From the NCBI GenBank assembly GCA_963782945.1, contig CAWALO010000026.1, positions 36,742-100,741 of the forward strand: DNA of 64,000 nt, in the 5' to 3' direction. The DNA is from an uncultured Bacteroidales bacterium (lineage in GTDB: Bacteria; Bacteroidota; Bacteroidia; Bacteroidales; VadinHA17). The notes beneath the pieces were generated by a model that saw only the letters and a program-made list of their open reading frames with translations, was not told where the DNA came from and did not search any database. The position numbers were made by a program, and so were the translations under genes. Of the stretch, positions 27,628 through 36,392 are shown piece after piece; the stretch's first letter is position 1, and every line of letters starts with the position of its first letter.

Positions 27628-29968
27628 AAGACTGAAAATAATTCTGATTGCAACCGGGGTATTAATAACTCCGGTTTTGCTTTCTCCATTACCCCGGTTC
27701 CGGAGCCCGTTATCGACTGTGGTGGAGGCAAAAAACGGAGCTCTCATTGGTGCCCGTATAGCTGATGACGGACAATGGCGGTTCCCCGGAACAGACAATA
27801 TACCGGAGAAATTCGAGAAGGCCATACTTACCTTTGAGGACCGCTATTTCTATTATCACCCCGGAATTAATCCTGTGGCAATATTGCGGGCAGCAATATA
27901 CAATATAAAAGCAGGAAGAATAATCAGCGGTGGCAGCACCATCACAATGCAGGTTGCCAGGATCTCCAGAGGAGGGCAGCCACGGACTTATTCCGAAAAG
28001 ATGATCGAAATGCTTTCTGCAGTGAAGCTTGAGCTTTTCAGTTCAAAGAAGAAAATATTGCTGATGTACACAGCCAATGCACCCTTCGGAGGCAACACCG
28101 TAGGGCTGGAAGCTGCAGCCTGGAGGTATGGCGGGAAATCATCCCCTGACCTTACGTGGGCAGAAGCTGCGGCTCTCGCGATCATCCCTAATTCACCTGC
28201 CCTGGTTAATCCGGGAAGAAACCAGGAAATCCTGAGAAAAAAACGCAATGATCTTTTAAGACGTCTTTATGAAAGGGGATACTATGATTCCCTTACCCTG
28301 GTGCTGTCTCTGGATGAACCGCTTCTGTCAGCCCCTAAAACCCTGCCTTCAAAAGCGCCTCATCTTACAGACTATTTTTTAAAAAAGAACAGGGGGGCCA
28401 GGATAAGGACAACTGTTGACGAACTGCTTCAGGAAAGGGTAACGGATATAGTAAATACCCACCAGAAAGATCTGGAAAATAATTACATATTCAACTCTGC
28501 CTGCCTTGTAGTTGAAGTAGAAACAGGGAATGTGCTTGCCTATGTAGGGAACAGCACTCTTGAAGAAGCTGCCCTGCATGGCGGTGATGTCGATATCATC
28601 CGTTCATTGCGAAGCACAGGCAGCATACTGAAGCCAATCCTTTATGCCGGTATGCAGCAGTCGGGAGATATCCTGCCAAACTCACTTGTCGCCGATATCC
28701 CGGCAAGGTTTCCGGGCTTCTCTCCGAAAAACTTCGACCTGAGTTACAGAGGGGCTGTACCTGCAGGCTCTGCTCTTTCCCAATCGCTTAATATTCCTGC
28801 TGTAAAAATGCTTCAGAAATATAACCCTGAGCGCTTACTCGATCTACTGAAAAAAACAGGATTTACTTCATTCCGTAATTCCGCAGATTATTATGGGCTT
28901 TCACTTATTCTCGGCGGGGGAGAGACATCACTGTGGGAGCTCACAGGCACATATGCCTCACTCTCTCGTGTGCTTAACAGGTATAACAACGAAAAAATAT
29001 ATATAAAAGAAGATTACCATCCTCCAATAGTCATTCAGCAAAATGGTCCTGCTCAGACTCTGACGGAAGAGGCGGTCCCTCCTCTTTCAGCCTCATCGAT
29101 ATGGCTTACATATGAAGCCCTTCAAAGGGTCAACAGGCCGGAAAGTGAAACAGGATGGCAGTATTTTGCCTCATCACTTAACCTTGCCTGGAAAACCGGA
29201 ACCAGCTTTGGATTCCGCGACGGATGGGCAGTAGGCACAACACCGGGGTATGTAGTAGGGGTATGGACAGGTAATGCTGACGGGGAAGGAAGACCAGGAC
29301 TTACGGGTACTTCAGCCGCCGCTCCGGTATTGTTCGACATAGTAAGCATGATGGGATCACAGACATGGTTCAGCACTCCTGATGAAGATTTAACAATGAT
29401 TGATGTGTGCACCAGCAGCGGCTTCAGGGCAGGACCCGACTGCCCTGAAACGGAAGCTGTACAGGCCTGCGTAAATGGATTGAGAAGTGAAGTGTGCCCA
29501 TATCACAGGATCATTCATCTGAACAGGGCAAAAACTCTTCAGGTAACCACAGATTGTGCCTCACCAGACGACATTTTAAATGTGCCATGGTTCATCCTTC
29601 CGCCTGCAATGGAATATTTCTACAGGCAGAAACATCCGGAATATATCGTGATGCCTCCTGCTGCTCCCGGATGTGCTTCAGGCAGGAATATCCAGGTGAT
29701 GGAATTTATCTATCCTACTCCGGGAATAAAAATTTTCATCCCGCGTGACCAGGAAGGAATGCGTACCAGGATAATACCTGAAGTGGCTCACAGGAACCCA
29801 TCAAAAAAAATATTCTGGCATCTCGATGATACATATGTAACCACCACAAGATTCCTGCACCAGATAAATATCCAGGCAGAGCCCGGCTATCATGTGCTGA
29901 CAGCTGTCGATGAAGATGGCAATTCAATACGGTGCGGATTTACAATAACCGGGAATAATGTCTGGTAG
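27620..29968 (+). CDS. pbpC: penicillin-binding protein 1C (bifunctional transglycosylase/transpeptidase)
   Basis: GT51 motifs EDRYFYYHPGINP and GGSTITMQ, then SxxK as STGSILKP, plus a C-terminal PBP1C domain. The TTG start overlaps the A2M stop. Confidence 0.9.
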   Translation: MNKRLKIILIATGVLITPVLLSPLPRFRSPLSTVVEAKNGALIGARIADDGQWRFPGTDNIPEKFEKAILTFEDRYFYYHPGINPVAILRAAIYNIKAGRIISGGSTITMQVARISRGGQPRTYSEKMIEMLSAVKLELFSSKKKILLMYTANAPFGGNTVGLEAAAWRYGGKSSPDLTWAEAAALAIIPNSPALVNPGRNQEILRKKRNDLLRRLYERGYYDSLTLVLSLDEPLLSAPKTLPSKAPHLTDYFLKKNRGARIRTTVDELLQERVTDIVNTHQKDLENNYIFNSACLVVEVETGNVLAYVGNSTLEEAALHGGDVDIIRSLRSTGSILKPILYAGMQQSGDILPNSLVADIPARFPGFSPKNFDLSYRGAVPAGSALSQSLNIPAVKMLQKYNPERLLDLLKKTGFTSFRNSADYYGLSLILGGGETSLWELTGTYASLSRVLNRYNNEKIYIKEDYHPPIVIQQNGPAQTLTEEAVPPLSASSIWLTYEALQRVNRPESETGWQYFASSLNLAWKTGTSFGFRDGWAVGTTPGYVVGVWTGNADGEGRPGLTGTSAAAPVLFDIVSMMGSQTWFSTPDEDLTMIDVCTSSGFRAGPDCPETEAVQACVNGLRSEVCPYHRIIHLNRAKTLQVTTDCASPDDILNVPWFILPPAMEYFYRQKHPEYIVMPPAAPGCASGRNIQVMEFIYPTPGIKIFIPRDQEGMRTRIIPEVAHRNPSKKIFWHLDDTYVTTTRFLHQINIQAEPGYHVLTAVDEDGNSIRCGFTITGNNVW

Positions 29969-30011
29969 GGACGTTGCATGCAACGTCCCCACAATATGCA
30001 TGCAACGTCCC
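29968..30011 (+). terminator. perfect 22-nt palindrome plus a half-copy, followed by T-rich DNA
   Basis: gggacgttgcatgcaacgtccc (29968-29989) starts at the pbpC stop. tgcatgcaacgtccc is repeated at 29996-30011, then tttaatttttaatttt follows. Confidence 0.6.
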
Positions 30012-30054
30012 TACAATGCATTTAATTTTTAATTTTGTGTTTTAATTTTTTTAA

Positions 30055-31131
30055 ATGAATTTATCTCTCCTGAAAAAAATGCTGCCGGGGTTGGTACCCC
30101 TGCTCATCTTCATCCTTGCCGATGAGATCTGGGGAACGATGGTTGGCCTCTATGTGGCTCTGGGAACAGGGGTAGCCGAATTTCTGTTTTACTATATAAA
30201 AGACAAGATCATCGACAGGTTCATCCTGCTTGATACACTTTTACTTCTTGTATTGGGAGCCGTATCCATTCTATTTGAAAATGACATTTTCTTCAAAATA
30301 AAACCTGCCCTGATTGAAGCTATACTTCTTTCAGTTATTGCCTTTTCACTCTGGGGTCCAAAAAATATTCTGAAGGCGATGTCGGAGCGGTATATGGGAG
30401 AGATCCAGCTCAATGCAACACAGGAAAAATCAATGAGAAATAATATGATCGCTGTTTTCTGGATTACTGCATTTCATATCATACTTGTCTTATTTTCTGC
30501 TTTTTACATGTCGAAAGAAGCCTGGTTCTTTATAAGCGGAGGTCTTTATTATATATTTTTCGGAATATTTTTTGCCTTTATGATCATACAGAACCGGCTT
30601 ATGAAAAGGCGGTACAAAAATGAGGAATGGTTCCCTGTCGTGAACAGTGAAGGCAAAGTAACCGGAAAAGCTCCGCGGTCGGTCTGTCACGACGGCAAGA
30701 GCTTTCTTCTCCATCCTGTTGTACATCTTCACATATTTAACCGCTCAGGGAAATTGTATCTTCAGAAACGATCGGTGAAAAAAGATACCCAGCCAGGAAA
30801 ATGGGATACATCTGTGGGCGGACATATAGGTATTGGTGAATCTGTAACAGAAGCCCTGATAAGGGAGACAAGGGAAGAGCTTGGAATGAATGGATTCACT
30901 CCGCATTTCTTAAGAAGCTATGTCTGGGAATCAGACCGGGAAAGGGAACTTGTGAATTCGTTTTCAACTGTGACAGAGAAGATCCCGGCCATAAACAGGG
31001 ATGAAATTGATGAAGGAAGATTCTGGTCAATGCAGGAGATCAGGAATAATCTCGGGAAAGGGATTTTCACCCCAAATTTCGAACACGAATTCAAAACCTT
31101 ATTTGCCAAACCTGACAAAATGGTATCTTAA
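30055..31131 (+). CDS. fusion protein: N-terminal multi-TM domain (septation protein A/IspZ-like) + C-terminal NUDIX hydrolase
   Basis: The first ~180 aa are hydrophobic helices. The C-terminal part has the NUDIX box GGHIGIGESVTEALIRETREELG. Confidence 0.7.
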   Translation: MNLSLLKKMLPGLVPLLIFILADEIWGTMVGLYVALGTGVAEFLFYYIKDKIIDRFILLDTLLLLVLGAVSILFENDIFFKIKPALIEAILLSVIAFSLWGPKNILKAMSERYMGEIQLNATQEKSMRNNMIAVFWITAFHIILVLFSAFYMSKEAWFFISGGLYYIFFGIFFAFMIIQNRLMKRRYKNEEWFPVVNSEGKVTGKAPRSVCHDGKSFLLHPVVHLHIFNRSGKLYLQKRSVKKDTQPGKWDTSVGGHIGIGESVTEALIRETREELGMNGFTPHFLRSYVWESDRERELVNSFSTVTEKIPAINRDEIDEGRFWSMQEIRNNLGKGIFTPNFEHEFKTLFAKPDKMVS

Positions 31132-31200
31132 TACCAAAAGAACTTTACACAAGGGAATATTTATACCTTTACCAGTAAATCTCAAACCTATTATTATAGT

Positions 31201-31632
31201 ATGAAGCCGGATAAAACAACTCTTTCTCTTGCACTACTGATATGCTTCTCCACCTTCTCATGGATAAATTCCTGCACACATAAAACCGATATAACTATAC
31301 CGGAGATATGTTTCAAGGATGTCTCGGCAATAATAGGCAGTAATTGCGCCATACAAAACTGTCACGACGGAAATGGAGAAGCCATGCCTCTGATTACCTA
31401 TGCGGATATTCATAATGCCGTAAGCCCGTATAATCCTGATAAAAGCCAGTTATATAAGGCAATAACCACTGTATGGGGAGAGAATAAGATGCCACCGGAT
31501 CAGCCTCTTTCAGAGGAAAGCAGATCAATAATCAGATTCTGGATCGAACAGGGCGCCGTGGATAGTACAGAAAATTCATCCTTTTGTCATACCAGCCAGG
31601 CGAAAGGCAGAATTGGCAGTAACAACTTTTAA
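31201..31632 (+). CDS. small lipoprotein with cytochrome-c-like motif
   Basis: Lipobox INSC. NCAIQNCHDG....MP and KMPP resemble the haem-c-like PSCyt1-type domain. The family call is tentative. Confidence 0.5.
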   Translation: MKPDKTTLSLALLICFSTFSWINSCTHKTDITIPEICFKDVSAIIGSNCAIQNCHDGNGEAMPLITYADIHNAVSPYNPDKSQLYKAITTVWGENKMPPDQPLSEESRSIIRFWIEQGAVDSTENSSFCHTSQAKGRIGSNNF

Positions 31633-31654
31633 ATCAAAACTCAATCTGACCGTC

Positions 31655-32014
31655 ATGAAGCGATTATTCATGTTAAGTATAACTGCATTCTTATTCTCAT
31701 CATTCTTCTTTTCATGTTATTATGACAGTGAGGAGGTTTTATATCCTTCATTCGGATGCGACTCAACAAATATCACCTATAGTTCTGTTATTGCCCTTAC
31801 AATGGATAACTACTGCACCGGCTGCCATGGAGGACCAGCCCCGCAGGGAGCCATCTCCCTGACCAGTTATGCCGATGTTGTACATTATGCCCCTCAGATA
31901 ACACCCGCGATAAAGCATACAGGTTTGTATCCGATGCCAAAAAATGCAGGGAAATTAAGTGACTGCGCAATCAGACAGTGGGATCTTTGGCTAATGGCCG
32001 GAATGCCTGAGTAA
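31655..32014 (+). CDS. small lipoprotein with CxxCH haem-binding motif
   Basis: The ATG at 31655 gives MKRLFMLSITAFLFSSFFFSC (lipobox). The protein carries CTGCHGG and a distal MPK. Confidence 0.55.
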   Translation: MKRLFMLSITAFLFSSFFFSCYYDSEEVLYPSFGCDSTNITYSSVIALTMDNYCTGCHGGPAPQGAISLTSYADVVHYAPQITPAIKHTGLYPMPKNAGKLSDCAIRQWDLWLMAGMPE

Positions 32015-32041
32015 TTTTATAATTGCATTAATCTTCAGAAT

Positions 32042-32947
32042 ATGAGACAATTATTTCTTATTGCTATTCTATCACTCATTACTCCTGGAATTTTTGCCCA
32101 GAATGATCTTATGGACCTTCTCAACGACAGCACAGCCAGCGGGATCAATTACACTACAGCTACTTTTAAATCTACCAGGGTAATGAATGGCCATTCCATC
32201 GAGAAAATGGCTCCCGGACAACTTGATTTCAGGATATCTCACCGCTTCGGGCCTGTAAACTCAGGTGCATATGAGTTTTGGGGGCTTGATCAGGCTAATA
32301 CCCACCTCAGCCTGGAATATGGAATTTTAAAATGGCTTATGGCAGGCCTGGGCAGAGGAACCTATGAAAAGACATTCGATGGATTTGCAAAGTTCGCTCT
32401 ACTGAGGCAATCGTCCGGTGCAAAAGAAATGCCGGTATCTCTTTCACTGTTTTCTTCAGTTGCCCTGAAATCCCAGAAGTGGCAGACAGATACTGTAACA
32501 AACTATTTTTCATCAAGGCTGTCTTATGTTGTTCAGGCTCTGATTGCCCGGAAATTCAATCAGTCCCTATCTTTACAGCTTACTCCCTCTTATGTTCATC
32601 GTAATCTCGTGCCCACCGAGCTTGACCCAAATGATCTGTTCGCTATTGGTGCGGGCGGAAGAATAAAGCTTTCAAAAAGAATCAGCTTCAACGCAGAGTA
32701 TTTCTATGTCATAAATCAAAATCCCTATAGTAATCCCAAATATTATAACCCTTTATCCATTGGTGTTGATATCGAAACGGGAGGACACGTATTCCAGCTT
32801 CTTTTCAGCAATTCAGTACAGACTATTGAAAAGGGATTTATCGGTGAAACAACCGGGCAATGGATAAAAGGTGATATCCACTTTGGATTCAATATTTCCA
32901 GGGTGTTTACTTTGAAAAAACAAAAGGCACCGGCGGTACAATACTGA
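32042..32947 (+). CDS. outer-membrane beta-barrel protein (DUF5777-like)
   Basis: Signal peptide, FKSTRVMNGHS..., alternating barrel-like strands and GGHVFQLLFSNS. The family name is from memory. Confidence 0.55.
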   Translation: MRQLFLIAILSLITPGIFAQNDLMDLLNDSTASGINYTTATFKSTRVMNGHSIEKMAPGQLDFRISHRFGPVNSGAYEFWGLDQANTHLSLEYGILKWLMAGLGRGTYEKTFDGFAKFALLRQSSGAKEMPVSLSLFSSVALKSQKWQTDTVTNYFSSRLSYVVQALIARKFNQSLSLQLTPSYVHRNLVPTELDPNDLFAIGAGGRIKLSKRISFNAEYFYVINQNPYSNPKYYNPLSIGVDIETGGHVFQLLFSNSVQTIEKGFIGETTGQWIKGDIHFGFNISRVFTLKKQKAPAVQY

Positions 32948-32971
32948 TGTCGTGGAAACTCAATATAAAAA

Positions 32972-33034
32972 GTTGGCAGTGGGCAATTGGCAGTGGGCAA
33001 TGCCTTTTGCCAACTGCTTTTTGCCAACTGCCAA
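32972..33034 (+). terminator. long imperfect hairpin made of ttggcagtgggcaa repeats and their complement
   Basis: gttggcagtgggcaattggcagtgggcaa, then tgcc, then ttttgccaactgctttttgccaactgccaa, then tttt. Confidence 0.55.
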
Positions 33035-33119
33035 TTTTAGGAATGTAACATCATAATTATTCCTTGGCACCAATTTTGTTTATTAATAATTCTCTTACAC
33101 CAAATTAATTTGATTTATT

Positions 33120-33674
33120 ATGAAACACATAGCTATAATATTTTTTCTCCTGGTTGCTGGTTATTCAGCAAATGCACAGAAATATATGACCAAAAATGGT
33201 TTTATAGGATTCTACTCACATACTCCCCTGGAAGACATTAAAGCCGAAAATAACCAGGTTGCTGCTGTTCTGGATGCAGGAACCGGAGAAATGGTTTTCC
33301 AGGTACTGATTAAATCTTTCCATTTTGAAAAGGCTCTGATGGAAGAACATTTCAATGAAAACTATATGGAATCGGAAAAGTATCCCAAATCAACCTTTAA
33401 GGGAAAAATAACCAACCTGTCATCCGTTAATTTTTCAAAGAACGGAACATACGATGTTACCGTCGAAGGCGACCTTACATTGCATAATGTGACCAATAAA
33501 GTCAACGCCAAAGGCACAATTGAGGTAATCACAGGTGGAATAAATGCAAATTCAAAATTCAATATTGCTCCCGAAGACTATAAGATAGAGATTCCTGGTG
33601 TGGTAAGAGAAAAGATCAGCAGGAATCTTGAGGTAACCGTTTCGATGAAGTACACTCCTGTCGAAAATAAGTAG
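33120..33674 (+). CDS. YceI-family periplasmic polyisoprenoid-binding-like protein
   Basis: 184 aa with a signal peptide. F..H....EEHFNENYMESEKYPKSTFKG and TLHNVTN are typical YceI-like motifs. Confidence 0.7.
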   Translation: MKHIAIIFFLLVAGYSANAQKYMTKNGFIGFYSHTPLEDIKAENNQVAAVLDAGTGEMVFQVLIKSFHFEKALMEEHFNENYMESEKYPKSTFKGKITNLSSVNFSKNGTYDVTVEGDLTLHNVTNKVNAKGTIEVITGGINANSKFNIAPEDYKIEIPGVVREKISRNLEVTVSMKYTPVENK

Positions 33675-33731
33675 TATCTTGTATAGATAACAGAACAGAG
33701 TGCAAATGTAGAATATTTTTACCCTGGGAAT

Positions 33732-34166
33732 ATGAAAACATATGTTAAAGTGGCATTGTTTTTTGTAACATTTATTGCTTTGGCAGCAATATTGGCAGCC
33801 TTGTATTATTATAACCTGAAGGCCACCGATATGTCTAAAGCCAAACCTGATTTTATTCTCACGGCTTCTGCTCTTCAGAAGGCCTTTGAAGATGACGAGG
33901 CCAAAGCTTCCTTAATATATATTAATAAGATCGTGGAAGTAACCGGGAATATTGCCTCTGTTAAACCGGCTGAAAACAATGTGGTAAGTATCTCACTGGC
34001 AACTGACAGTGATTTATCATCCGTCATCTGTACCTTTCCGGCAATTAGTGATCCGTCCATATTCAGGGTTGGTGAAAAGATAACAATGCGTGGTGAATGT
34101 TCAGGCTTTCTTATGGATGTCCTGCTCAACAATTGTGCTTTAATAATGCAGAAAAAGGAAAATTAA
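33732..34166 (+). CDS. membrane-anchored OB-fold (tRNA_anti-like) protein
   Basis: N-terminal TM helix, then AL..AF..DE..A...Y..K.VEVTG.I typical of this small family. Confidence 0.5.
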   Translation: MKTYVKVALFFVTFIALAAILAALYYYNLKATDMSKAKPDFILTASALQKAFEDDEAKASLIYINKIVEVTGNIASVKPAENNVVSISLATDSDLSSVICTFPAISDPSIFRVGEKITMRGECSGFLMDVLLNNCALIMQKKEN

Positions 34167-34168
34167 AA

Positions 34169-34405
34169 ATGAATGTAAAGGTCCTGGATTTCAATAATGA
34201 GTTTGAGGCTAAGCTTCTGGATGAGATACTAAATGAAAAGAATATACCTCATCTTATAAGGTCATATCACGACTCCGTTTATGATGGATTGTGGCAGATG
34301 CAATCAAGCTGGGGCCATCTTGAAGCACCAGAAGAATACAGGGAAGAGATACTTCTTACCTATAGTCAAATGTCACCTGAATCATTGGAAGATCAAAATC
34401 TGTAA
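34169..34405 (+). CDS. hypothetical small protein (DUF2007-like?)
   Basis: 78 aa from the ATG at 34169, 3 nt after the upstream stop. The family guess is weak. Confidence 0.35.
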   Translation: MNVKVLDFNNEFEAKLLDEILNEKNIPHLIRSYHDSVYDGLWQMQSSWGHLEAPEEYREEILLTYSQMSPESLEDQNL

Positions 34406-34489
34406 TATTAACTTTTCTTTGTACATTTGTCCCTCATTTATAAATTTGCAGATTTAATACTGACAACAACCTGGCGCAACCTTAAACTT

Positions 34490-35176
34490 ATGAAAACAGA
34501 TCATACCCCGGATGATAAGCCCAGACTGTTTAATAATCTTTCTGACCACCTTCAATCTTTACTGCCCGTTTTAAAAAGCCGTCATTTTTACCTTGGCATA
34601 GCCGCATTATTAGCCGGAATATTACTCAATAATGCTTCACAGGCTTATCTGCATAATTACATGAGCGAGGGGAAATCCCTTCCGGTACTGTCGGACCTGA
34701 TCCTTGACAAACTGCCTGTAATTAATGTTTCCCTTATTTATGACATAGTTGCCATTGTTCCTATAGTCCTGGCCTTTGTATATATAATACACAAAAGGGA
34801 CTATAACAGGATCCCTTTTATCTTCCTGATGATAGGCATTTTTTACATTGTAAGGGGAATATTCATAATTCTGACACCATTTGGCAATCCGCCAATGTTT
34901 AACGGGTCCGATCCTCTTTTTCACGGGTTTGCAAACTATGAGCTTGGAGTATATCCTTCAGGTCATGCCGGAAATGTCTTCCTGATATTGCTGCTGATGA
35001 ACAGCAGAGTGTACAGATGGATCATAGGGATCTGCCTGATAGTGGTTATCCTTGCATTGTTCCTCGCACACGCACATTACAGCATTGATATTCTTTCAGG
35101 TCTCTTCTTTGCCTATGCCATCCGTTCCTATGGAGAAAAACATTTCCGGAAGTTTGATCTCGGCAAAAGCTGCTGA
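34490..35176 (+). CDS. PAP2_C / sphingomyelin-synthase-like integral membrane phosphotransferase
   Basis: Multi-TM protein with YPSGHAGN and HYSIDILSG, the SGH and HY.xD motifs of the PAP2 C-terminal family. I take the ATG at 34490 as the start. Confidence 0.55.
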   Translation: MKTDHTPDDKPRLFNNLSDHLQSLLPVLKSRHFYLGIAALLAGILLNNASQAYLHNYMSEGKSLPVLSDLILDKLPVINVSLIYDIVAIVPIVLAFVYIIHKRDYNRIPFIFLMIGIFYIVRGIFIILTPFGNPPMFNGSDPLFHGFANYELGVYPSGHAGNVFLILLLMNSRVYRWIIGICLIVVILALFLAHAHYSIDILSGLFFAYAIRSYGEKHFRKFDLGKSC

Positions 35177-35184
35177 TCTGATAG

Positions 35185-36207
35185 TTATTCGTTAAGGCGA
35201 TTCTCTTTTCTTTTTTCAAGCCGCTTTATAATCAAAAATGTAATTAACGCCAGTACCACCATTCCCAGAAGGAATAATGGGTATGATATTTTCCAGTTTT
35301 CAGGGCCTGTCATCATCGACCATTCTGACATGCCTCCGATACCCGCGATAAGAGTAAGAGGCATACAGATAGTAGCTATAAGGGTGAGCCGCTTCATAGA
35401 ATAATTAGTCTCATTAGACATCTTATTCATCTGGTTGCTGAGAAGAGAAGTATAAAGCTCCATCAGGCTTGTTTCAATCTCACGATATGTCTCGGTAAGT
35501 TCAAAGAATTTAGCCAGATGGTCATAGACATCCCTGTAATGAACAATTGCTTTTTCGCTGATAAAAGGACAGTCAGACCTGCAGATCTTTACAAGTATTT
35601 CCCTTTCATGGTATAATCCTTTCCTGAGTGCAAGAAGAATTTTCCGAAGATGGATCAGTTGCCTTGGCTGGAATCTTTCTACATCACCTATCAGAGATTC
35701 TTCAGCTTCCTCAAGGTCATCTTCCATCCTGTCAAATGCCTGGTATTTCTCATCAACGAGATGATCGAGCACACTGTGCATCAGAAAGTCGGGCCCGGCC
35801 TTTGCATTCTTAGGGTCGCTTTCTATCATCTTAACCACATCACTCAGTGGTTTTCTTTCACCTGAATTAATCCCACTTACAGTAATGAGGAATTTGGCTC
35901 CCAGAAACAGGTCAATCTCATCAATAAGAAGTTCATCATCCACATAAGTATAAGCATTGAACAGAATGAATGTATTATTGCTGAAATATTCAATTTTCGG
36001 AACCTGCTTATCATCAAAACAGTCCTCTACAGATAAAGGATGAATACCCATGGTGTCAACCAGTGATGAAAGTTCCTCTCTTGAAGGGTTATAGAAGTTG
36101 AGCCAAAGAAAGCCCCCTTCCTTCACTGCCTCTATCGCCTCTGCAAGTGTAGGAACGCCATAGAATAATCCAGCTGCCGTAAAATGGTAGAATTTTGATT
36201 CTGACAT
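35185..36207 (-). CDS. CorA-family divalent cation transporter with a non-canonical GMS pore motif
   Basis: 340 aa. The C-terminal MKRLTLIATICMPLTLIAGIGGMSEW has two TM helices, with GMS where CorA usually has GMN. Confidence 0.7.
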   Translation of the reverse strand: MSESKFYHFTAAGLFYGVPTLAEAIEAVKEGGFLWLNFYNPSREELSSLVDTMGIHPLSVEDCFDDKQVPKIEYFSNNTFILFNAYTYVDDELLIDEIDLFLGAKFLITVSGINSGERKPLSDVVKMIESDPKNAKAGPDFLMHSVLDHLVDEKYQAFDRMEDDLEEAEESLIGDVERFQPRQLIHLRKILLALRKGLYHEREILVKICRSDCPFISEKAIVHYRDVYDHLAKFFELTETYREIETSLMELYTSLLSNQMNKMSNETNYSMKRLTLIATICMPLTLIAGIGGMSEWSMMTGPENWKISYPLFLLGMVVLALITFLIIKRLEKRKENRLNE

Positions 36208-36392
36208 ATTCGCGATTTTTCAATGTTTATAATCAAACCAGTTAAATAATAGTATCCAAATTACAACAAAAAACCGGAAGTGAAATTTAATTCTCCCTAT
36301 TTCATTAAGCCTCATGATTTGAAGATAGAAGATAAATATCATTTTTAATATGGCGTTGCAAGCCTTAACTTTACATCCAAAATGCAAACAGA

